DNA from: Candidatus Bruticola sp.
GTDB taxonomy: Bacteria > Vulcanimicrobiota > Xenobia > Xenobiales > Xenobiaceae
Direction: 5' to 3'
DNA: 64,000 bases
Assembly (NCBI GenBank): GCA_051874735.1
Contig: JBJEGD010000004.1
Location: 96,001 to 160,000, forward strand
The translations under genes and the position numbers were made by a program. The notes under the pieces are model-generated. The model searched no databases. It was not told where the DNA came from and saw only the letters and a list, made by a program, of their open reading frames with translations. This document shows positions 1 to 7,103 of the stretch, in pieces. Each line of letters begins with the position of its first letter. The first letter of the stretch is position 1.

Positions 1-591
1 GCGGGAATAGGTCATTTAGTTGTACTACGCATAGAAGCAAATGCTTTTTTGAGACGTATGGTGCGCATGATCTGTGGCTCTCTTATTAAAGTGGGTATTG
101 GTCAATGGCCTCCCGTTAAAATAAAAGAAATTTTAGAGCAGGCCGATCCTAGGTGCTGTGCTCCTCCAGCCCATCCTGGCGGACTATATCTTAAATCTGT
201 AACCTATGCGCAGGATCGCAGCCCTGTATTTAGAATTTTTGAACGGTTCTCACGCTTAGATGAGGTTATAGGAGGCTCTGTTATGGAAAACGAATTTGAA
301 GCTAAACTGAGTGCCGCTGCGGACAAATTGGGCTTAGCCATGAAAGCTGCTCCTGAAGCTGAACGCGAAGTACTTAAAGGCATGTATGCAGATTATCAGC
401 GTTTCGTAAAGGAGAGACCTGATGATAATTTAGATATATCTGCTCTTTTTGCTATGGGTATTATTAGTCATGCTGAGATTAAGAGTGAGGATATTATAGA
501 AGCTGCTGTAGAATACATAGATACAGATCTGGAGTACTGCCGTTGGCGTCAGAAATCTACTACGAAAGCAGAAGAAAAGCCGGAAGCTTAG
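1..591 (+). CDS. truA: tRNA pseudouridine(38-40) synthase TruA, C-terminal part (5' end outside the window), in frame with an extra ~100-aa domain
   Basis: Frame 1 is open from base 1: IEANAFLRRMVRMICGSL...APPAHPGGLYLKSVTY matches the TruA C-terminus (FLxxMVR; AxxxGLxLxxVxY). The ORF continues to TAG at 591, with an internal GGAGG (271-275) and ATG (283). Confidence 0.85.
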   Translation, partial: AGIGHLVVLRIEANAFLRRMVRMICGSLIKVGIGQWPPVKIKEILEQADPRCCAPPAHPGGLYLKSVTYAQDRSPVFRIFERFSRLDEVIGGSVMENEFEAKLSAAADKLGLAMKAAPEAEREVLKGMYADYQRFVKERPDDNLDISALFAMGIISHAEIKSEDIIEAAVEYIDTDLEYCRWRQKSTTKAEEKPEA

Positions 592-635
592 CACTTTTTT
601 ATATGACATTTTTTTTTGTATAGATATTTACTTGT

Positions 636-670
636 GGCTCGGGCAGATTGATTTGTTCGAGCCTATTTTT
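636..670 (+). terminator. Probable intrinsic terminator after the truA ORF
   Basis: ggctcgggcagat (636-648) pairs with atttgttcgagcc (651-663), including G-U pairs, and is followed by tattttt. Confidence 0.55.
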
Positions 671-826
671 AATAATAGCTAATGAAATAATAGTGGCTTG
701 TCCGATACGGCTTTATTTAGCTCGTTGTGTAGTAACTTGCAGGTCTTAAAGCATAACAAGCTTATTACAGTTGTTGGCGGAACTTTATGCTTATAAAACT
801 TCCGGCAAAGGAGATCTATTTTTTGT

Positions 827-1915
827 ATGCGTCAGAGCGGTGCTTTGCCTTGTCAGCTTATTGAAGAACTTATAACAAATAAGCGTATATTCAGTTCTTC
901 GCCGGTACCTAAAGATAATGTTCAGCCGGCTAGTTTAGATTTGCGCTTAGGTCGCAGGTGTTGGCGCGTGGAAGCCGCTTTTTTACCTCGTCAGGGAGAA
1001 CCTGTATCTGAGCTGCTGCTCAATAATGCTTTGGAGGCCCTAGATTTAACGCGTCCTACCGTACTGCAAGAAGGTGCCACTTATGTGGCAGAAATCGAAG
1101 AAGGGTTTGAACTGCCTAATTCAGTTCATGCCTATGCTAACAATAAAAGTACTACTGGTCGCATGAATGTATGGACACGTATTTTAGCTGATGGAGTTTC
1201 TCGCTTTGACAAAATTCCCGTAGGCTATAAAGGACGCATCTATGCTATGATTACGCCGCGCTCTTGGTCTATACGCATTCATCAAGGATGTACGCTCAAT
1301 CAGATCCGCCTTATTTGCGGAGATAATCATTTGCTCGATTTTGAGTTGGAAATGCTGCATCAGGATGTAGGTCTAGTTTACGACAGTCAAGGTCAGCGCA
1401 GTGAAGCTTTAATTGATAACGGACTTTTGTTGACGGTAGATCTTAATCAGGATATTGTTGGTTACAGAGCTGTGAGCTGCCATGAACCTATAGATTTATG
1501 CAGCGGTCTTATGCAGAAGGGGAGCGACTATTTCGCTCCTATTAAAGCTAAAGATGGTGAAGTTTTACTAAAGCGTGGGGAATTTTACATTCTTTCCACC
1601 AGAGAATTTTTGCGTGTTCCTCCCGATTTAGCTGTAGAAATGGTCGCTTATGATATTCATTCCGGGGAATATCGTTCCCATTATGCTGGTTTTTTTGATC
1701 CTGGCTTCGGCTTTGGGGAAAACGGATTAATAAAAGGTACGCCGGCTGTATTAGAGTTAGATGTTCATGAAGATGTGCTTTTCCGTCATGCTCAGCCGAT
1801 ATGCAAGATGGCCTTTGAGTATCTTCTCAAAAGACCAGAAAAAATTTATGGATCAGGTTTAGGCTCTCATTATCAACAGCAGCGCGGTCCTCAGCTGGGA
1901 CGTCATTTTTGTTAG
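827..1915 (+). CDS. dcd: dCTP deaminase, long two-domain (~360 aa) type
   Basis: VQPASLDLRLG, NNKSTTGR and YAGFFDPGFG motifs; SD aaaggag upstream. Confidence 0.88.
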   Translation: MRQSGALPCQLIEELITNKRIFSSSPVPKDNVQPASLDLRLGRRCWRVEAAFLPRQGEPVSELLLNNALEALDLTRPTVLQEGATYVAEIEEGFELPNSVHAYANNKSTTGRMNVWTRILADGVSRFDKIPVGYKGRIYAMITPRSWSIRIHQGCTLNQIRLICGDNHLLDFELEMLHQDVGLVYDSQGQRSEALIDNGLLLTVDLNQDIVGYRAVSCHEPIDLCSGLMQKGSDYFAPIKAKDGEVLLKRGEFYILSTREFLRVPPDLAVEMVAYDIHSGEYRSHYAGFFDPGFGFGENGLIKGTPAVLELDVHEDVLFRHAQPICKMAFEYLLKRPEKIYGSGLGSHYQQQRGPQLGRHFC

Positions 1916-1927
1916 AGGAGTTGTATA

Positions 1928-3040
1928 GTGAGCTTTAATTGGCGCAATTTTGATTGGCCGCTGCTGGTTTCTGCTTTTTTATTAGTTCTGCTAGGATTGA
2001 GCAATATAGCCAGTGCTACGTTTTATAATGGAATTAGTGCGGAATTTCTGCGCCAAGTTTTCTGCTTTATTGTCGGCATCGGTGCTTTTGTTTTCTTTAC
2101 TTTTGCTGATATGAAAGTTTTTTTCCGCAATGGAAATTGGCTTTATGTTGCTATATTGGTGCTGCTTGTTTCGGTAATAATTTGCGGTGTCACCGTCAAT
2201 GGAGCTAAGCGCTGGATTGACGTCCCTCTTTTGGGCCGTTTTCAGCCCTCTGAAGTAGCTAAATTGCTATTAGTGCTCTGTATGAGCCGTTATCTGAGCG
2301 GAGCTGAAGATGGACGTCGCCCGCAAGATAAGCTCTCTTTGTTTGGCTTTGGCAAATTGTGTTTGCTTTTAGGATTCCCTGCACTGCTGATTATGGCCCA
2401 GCCTGATTTAGGTACAGCTATAGTCTTTTCTGCGGTAGGCGGTGCGATGATGTGGAGCGCCGGATATGATTGGCGCTGGTTTGTCATTTTAGCTTGTTTA
2501 GGATTGGCTATTTTGCCCCACGTTCTTCATGATTATCAAAGGCAGAGGATTATGGTTTTTTTAAACCCAGAAGCCGATCCTATGGGAGCAGGATGGAATA
2601 TTATTCAGGCCAAGATTGCTATCGGATCCGGAGGCGTGTGGGGTAAAGGTTGGATGGAAGGAACTCAAAACCGTCTGAATTTTGTGCCTGAACATCATAC
2701 CGATTTTATTTTTACGGTTATTGGTGAGGAAATGGGACTAGTTGGCGGTCTCTGCTTAATCCTTCTATTATTTTGTCTTATTATGCGTTCTTGGCAGCTA
2801 GCCGAAAAATCGGTTAATACTTATGACAGTTTTTTGGCGTTTGGTATCGGTACGTTGTTTTTTATTCACGCTGTAGGTAATCTCGGTATGACTAGCGGAA
2901 TTTTGCCAGTAGTAGGGATTCCTTTACCTTTTGTTAGTTATGGCGGTACCTCTCTGATCGTAAATATGGCAGCTTTAGGTTTACTGAATAATATTTACAG
3001 AAGAATGCCGTCAATGGAGTTTAGTCGCGTTCATCTTTAG
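1928..3040 (+). CDS. rodA: Rod shape-determining protein RodA (SEDS family)
   Basis: GAKRWI, FQPSEVAK, QPDLGT, YQRQRI, PEHHTDFIFTVIGEEMG and GIPLPFVSYGG motifs; about 10 TM segments. Confidence 0.92.
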   Translation: MSFNWRNFDWPLLVSAFLLVLLGLSNIASATFYNGISAEFLRQVFCFIVGIGAFVFFTFADMKVFFRNGNWLYVAILVLLVSVIICGVTVNGAKRWIDVPLLGRFQPSEVAKLLLVLCMSRYLSGAEDGRRPQDKLSLFGFGKLCLLLGFPALLIMAQPDLGTAIVFSAVGGAMMWSAGYDWRWFVILACLGLAILPHVLHDYQRQRIMVFLNPEADPMGAGWNIIQAKIAIGSGGVWGKGWMEGTQNRLNFVPEHHTDFIFTVIGEEMGLVGGLCLILLLFCLIMRSWQLAEKSVNTYDSFLAFGIGTLFFIHAVGNLGMTSGILPVVGIPLPFVSYGGTSLIVNMAALGLLNNIYRRMPSMEFSRVHL

Positions 3041-3205
3041 TCTTGTCTGAGCATGATTCTTCATAAAATAAGCTCTTAATTGTGCAGGGAAGCTAGAAGG
3101 CAAATATAAGAATAGATTATCAGAATTGAATGCAGTTAATCTGTACCTATAAGTTATGGATCTATCCTGTTATTGTCTCTTTTTATTTTGAGAAAGGTAG
3201 CAAAT

Positions 3206-4858
3206 ATGCACGAAGAAATAAGAGCTCCCCGTGGCACGCAACTTACCTGCAAAGGTTGGCAGCAGGAAGCTGCTCTGCGCATGCTTATGAACAATTTGGA
3301 TCCTGAAGTTGCTGAAGATCCTCAGCATTTAGTGGTATATGGTGGCACTGGCAGGGCGGCCCGCAGCTGGGATTGTTTTGAACACATAGTTAAAGTTTTG
3401 AAGTCTTTAGAAAATGATGAAACTCTTCTTATTCAATCTGGTAAGCCTGTTGGGGTTCTGCGCACGCACCGGAGAGCTCCGCGTGTTTTAATCGCTAATT
3501 CTAATATAGTTCCCAACTGGGCTACTTGGGAAAATTTCCGCGAATATGAACGTTTAGGATTAACTATGTACGGTCAGATGACGGCTGGCTCTTGGATTTA
3601 CATAGGCGCACAAGGTATATTGCAGGGAACTTATGAAACTATTGCCGAGGCCGCTCGGCAGCATTTTGGGGGCTCTTTAGCCGGGCGTTTAGTTTTAACG
3701 GCTGGTTTGGGCGGTATGGGCGGAGCTCAACCTTTAGCGGTGACTCTTAACGGAGGAGTAGCCCTTTGCGCTGAAATTGACATGTCTAGAGCTCAGCGGC
3801 GTGTCGATCAAGGATACTGCGACTGTTTGACTGAAAATCTTGATGAAGCTTTGGCTTTAGTAAAAGAAGCTTTAGATAAAAAACAGGCCCTTTCTGTGGG
3901 AATCGTTCAGAATGCGGCTACAGTTTATACTGAACTTCTTAAACGAGGCATTATCCCTGACATTGTAACTGACCAGACTAGTGCCCACGATATGTTGGGC
4001 GGTTATGTCCCATGTCAAATTCCTTTTGCTGAGGCTGTTCGTTTGCGTACAGAGAACCCTCAAAAATATCAGGAATTAGCCTACGATACTGTGGTCATCC
4101 ATGTAAAAGCTATGTTGGAATTTCAAAAGCGAGGCAGCATAGTTTTTGACTATGGTAATAATATTCGCCATCAAGCCAAACTGCGCGGCGTAGAAAATGC
4201 GTTTGATTTTCCCGGATTTGTACCAGCCTTTATTAGGCCTCTCTTTTGTGAAGGCAAAGGGCCTTTCCGTTGGGCTGCTCTGAGTGGCGATCCTGCTGAT
4301 ATCGCTCGCACAGATCAGGCTGTTTTAGAAACTTTTCCCGAAGATCAGTCCTTAGCCCGCTGGATTAAGTATGCTGGGGAGAAAGTGCGTTATCAGGGAC
4401 TTCCCGCTAGAATTTGTTGGTTAGGCTATCGTCAAAGAGATAAAATGGGATTAGTTTTTAACGATTTAGTTGCTAAGGGTGAAATTAGTGCTCCTATCGT
4501 TATAGGACGCGATCACTTAGATTGCGGCTCAGTAGCTTCTCCCTACCGAGAGACTGAAGCTATGTTGGATGGTTCTGACGCTATTGCTGACTGGCCTATT
4601 CTTAATGCTTTAGTAAGTGCCTCTTCCGGAGCTTCTTGGGTATCTTATCATCATGGCGGAGGTGTGGGCATAGGTTACTCTCTCCATGCCGGTATGGTTT
4701 GTGTAGCTGATGGTACTAAAGAAGCTGCTGAAAGTTTGAGCTGTGTTTTGACTAACGATCCTGCTATGGGAGTTATTCGCCATGTTGACGCCGGCTATGC
4801 TAAAGCCGAACAAACTGCTATTGAGCGTGGTCTGAAGATCCCCATGCTTAACATGTAA
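3206..4858 (+). CDS. hutU: Urocanate hydratase
   Basis: [54 protein letters not shown] and HHGGGVG motifs. Start placed at ATG 3206 after SD agaaagg. Confidence 0.97.
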   Translation: MHEEIRAPRGTQLTCKGWQQEAALRMLMNNLDPEVAEDPQHLVVYGGTGRAARSWDCFEHIVKVLKSLENDETLLIQSGKPVGVLRTHRRAPRVLIANSNIVPNWATWENFREYERLGLTMYGQMTAGSWIYIGAQGILQGTYETIAEAARQHFGGSLAGRLVLTAGLGGMGGAQPLAVTLNGGVALCAEIDMSRAQRRVDQGYCDCLTENLDEALALVKEALDKKQALSVGIVQNAATVYTELLKRGIIPDIVTDQTSAHDMLGGYVPCQIPFAEAVRLRTENPQKYQELAYDTVVIHVKAMLEFQKRGSIVFDYGNNIRHQAKLRGVENAFDFPGFVPAFIRPLFCEGKGPFRWAALSGDPADIARTDQAVLETFPEDQSLARWIKYAGEKVRYQGLPARICWLGYRQRDKMGLVFNDLVAKGEISAPIVIGRDHLDCGSVASPYRETEAMLDGSDAIADWPILNALVSASSGASWVSYHHGGGVGIGYSLHAGMVCVADGTKEAAESLSCVLTNDPAMGVIRHVDAGYAKAEQTAIERGLKIPMLNM

Positions 4859-4875
4859 AATATCGGGTAAGCTGT

Positions 4876-6321
4876 ATGTCTGTACTAAGTAATATTTTTT
4901 CTATTTTTAAACCTGCAGCCTCAATTGCTCCTCAGTATAAAAATGAAGACGATATGCGTCGTCAATACGGATATTGGCGCTTGCGTCAGCTTTATTCTAC
5001 TTTTGTAGGCTACGGAGTTTTCTATTTTGTACGCAAGAATATCTCTATAGCTATACCTTTGCTGGAAAGTTCTTTAGGTATAAGCAAAGCAGCTATAGGC
5101 ATGATTGTCAGCGTCTCCGATGTGGTTTACGGAGTTTCTAAGTTTGTTAATGGTTTTTTAGGCGATCGCTGTAATGCTCGTTATTTTATGGCCGTTGGTC
5201 TGCTTCTTTCTGCGTTGGCCAATTTTATGTTCGGCATGAGTAGTGCCGTCGGTGTTCTTTTAGTCGCTTGGGTGCTTAATGGCTGGTTTCAGGGAATGGG
5301 CTCACCGCCTTGCTCTAGGGTAATTTGCCATTGGTTCTCTTCAAAAGAACGTGGCACTTATTGGAGTATTTGGAATACTTCTCATCAAATCGGTCTTTCT
5401 TTAATTCTAATTATGGGCGGTTATTTGGGGGAGTATTACGGCTGGAGATACGTCTTTTGTGTACCTGCAGCCATAGCCGCTCTAACTTCATTGTTTTTGT
5501 TGGAGCGCATGCGCGATACTCCAGCATCTATGGGATTGCCCGATCCTGAAGTTTATACTAAAGAGAAGCCTTTTATACCCATAGCAGAAAATGCAGAAAA
5601 TGGGGCTGCAGATGGCGGGCAAACGGAGAGCCAGGTAATTGAAACGGAGGAAAATAAGCAGAGTAGCCAAGATTTTTTTCGTTTCTTATGTCGTCATGTT
5701 TTCAATAATCCGTATATTTGGGCTGTATGTTTAGCTAACTTTTTTATTTATATATTGAGGTATGGGTTTGTTACTTGGGGGCCTTCTTATCTGAGCGCTC
5801 GCGGAGTAGCTTTGAGTCATGCTGGCGTTACCATGGCCTTTTTTGAAATAGCCGGCATCGCTGGATCTTTACTGGCTGGTTGGATGACCGACCACTTCTT
5901 CAAAGGCAAGAGAGCTCCAGTATGTGCTTATTATACGATTGCCTCTTTAATCAGCATTTTCGTTTTTTGGAAGCTGCCTACTAACTCATCTGTTTTAGTT
6001 TACAGTCTCATGTTCGTAGTTACTGGATTTTTTATTTACGGACCTCAGTTGCTGGTTGCAGTTATGGCTACAGATTTTGCCACTAAAAAAGCCGCTGCCA
6101 CCGCTGTGGGCATGACTGGTTTATTCGGTTATCTCAGTAGTATAGTATCTGGTTGGGGAATGGGTAAAATTTTGGATGCTTACGGTTGGGATACCGCTTT
6201 TCAAATGCTTTTAGGCTGTGCCTTATTATCGGTTCTTCCTTTTATTTTTGCTTGGCGAGCTAAGCCTAACAATTTAGAGGAACTTGAAGCTGAGGACAGT
6301 TTGGCTGCAGAAAAAAAATAA
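4876..6321 (+). CDS. MFS transporter, GlpT/UhpC (organophosphate:Pi antiporter) family
   Basis: YFVRKN, NGWFQGMG, HWFSSKERG..WSIWNTSHQIG and GFFIYGPQ motifs; 12-TM pattern. Confidence 0.88.
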   Translation: MSVLSNIFSIFKPAASIAPQYKNEDDMRRQYGYWRLRQLYSTFVGYGVFYFVRKNISIAIPLLESSLGISKAAIGMIVSVSDVVYGVSKFVNGFLGDRCNARYFMAVGLLLSALANFMFGMSSAVGVLLVAWVLNGWFQGMGSPPCSRVICHWFSSKERGTYWSIWNTSHQIGLSLILIMGGYLGEYYGWRYVFCVPAAIAALTSLFLLERMRDTPASMGLPDPEVYTKEKPFIPIAENAENGAADGGQTESQVIETEENKQSSQDFFRFLCRHVFNNPYIWAVCLANFFIYILRYGFVTWGPSYLSARGVALSHAGVTMAFFEIAGIAGSLLAGWMTDHFFKGKRAPVCAYYTIASLISIFVFWKLPTNSSVLVYSLMFVVTGFFIYGPQLLVAVMATDFATKKAAATAVGMTGLFGYLSSIVSGWGMGKILDAYGWDTAFQMLLGCALLSVLPFIFAWRAKPNNLEELEAEDSLAAEKK

Positions 6322-6329
6322 AATCTTGA

Positions 6330-6358
6330 TTGCAGATATATATTATATATGCTAAAAT
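6330..6358 (+). promoter_or_regulatory. sigma70-type promoter of rpsO
   Basis: TTGCAG (6330-6335), 17-nt spacer, TAAAAT (6353-6358), with an extended -10 TG at 6350-6351. Confidence 0.7.
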
Positions 6359-6362
6359 AGCT

Positions 6363-6470
6363 TCCGGCTCTAGTCTTAGCTTTTAGGCGTACCTCAGCCT
6401 TTAGGCTCAGGCTGCAGCGGCTGATATGAGCGCACCCTGTATTAAGGGTTGTGTTGGAGGAAAGTTTTTA
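6363..6470 (+). promoter_or_regulatory. Structured rpsO 5' leader (candidate S15 autoregulatory RNA)
   Basis: About 110 nt between promoter and ATG. Hairpin cctcagcct/aggctcagg (6392-6411) lies inside the outer pairing ttagct/ggctga, and a second hairpin accct/agggt (6434-6449) precedes the GGAGG SD. Confidence 0.4.
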
Positions 6471-6472
6471 TT

Positions 6473-6730
6473 ATGGAAAACAAGCAGGAAATCGTAACTA
6501 AGTACAGCACCCACGAGCATGATACTGGTTCTCCCGAAGTGCAGATTGCTCTTTTCACTAACCGCATTGTTCATCTCACTGAGCACTGCAAAGTTCACCC
6601 CAAAGATCATCACACTCGCCGTGGTTTGCTTATGTTAGTCGGACGCCGTAAGCGTTTGCTCAGCTACCTCAAGAAGGTAGATGTGGCCCGTTATCGTTCC
6701 TTGATTGAGCGCTTAGGTCTGCGTCGTTAG
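6473..6730 (+). CDS. rpsO: 30S ribosomal protein S15
   Basis: [38 protein letters not shown] and LGLRR motifs; ATG at 6473. Confidence 0.98.
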   Translation: MENKQEIVTKYSTHEHDTGSPEVQIALFTNRIVHLTEHCKVHPKDHHTRRGLLMLVGRRKRLLSYLKKVDVARYRSLIERLGLRR

Positions 6731-6765
6731 TAAGCAAGTTTGTAAAAATATATTGCAGGTTTGTG

Positions 6766-6824
6766 AAATAGCCCGTTCCGTTTATGTTACTACTTGTGTA
6801 ACTGGGGGAGTGGGTTATTTTTTT
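6766..6824 (+). terminator. Intrinsic terminator or hairpin after rpsO
   Basis: aaatagcccgttcc (6766-6779) pairs with ggagtgggttattt (6807-6820), running into a T tract. Confidence 0.65.
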
Positions 6825-7103
6825 ATTGCGTCGAAAAGTAAGCCCGTGTATTTAAATAAAAATTTTTCTGCTTCTAATATCGGCTTATTTGGGCAGGGTT
6901 ATTGGGTTTATGAATGAAATCCTGGCAAGCTAAAGATCTTGTGTGTTTTGTACTGCTGCTGTTAAGTTGGCGTTCGTAAGTTGTTCGCATTATTAATGCA
7001 GTGCCCCAAAAAAGGCTCTTGACCATAGTCTTGCGTAGTTGTTTTTATAATTATTATTGCATTGTTCATTGTATAAAGAAGAGTCAAAGGAGAATCTCAT
7101 AGT

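Noticed and set aside
827-1915. dCTP deaminase as an anti-phage nucleotide-depletion gene
   Set aside because: It has dUTPase-fold Dcd motifs, not the zinc-dependent deaminase motif of defence enzymes, and it is coupled to rodA.
6825-7100. RNase III-type leader hairpin or sRNA upstream of pnp
   Set aside because: I could not find a convincing long stem by eye; this needs folding software.
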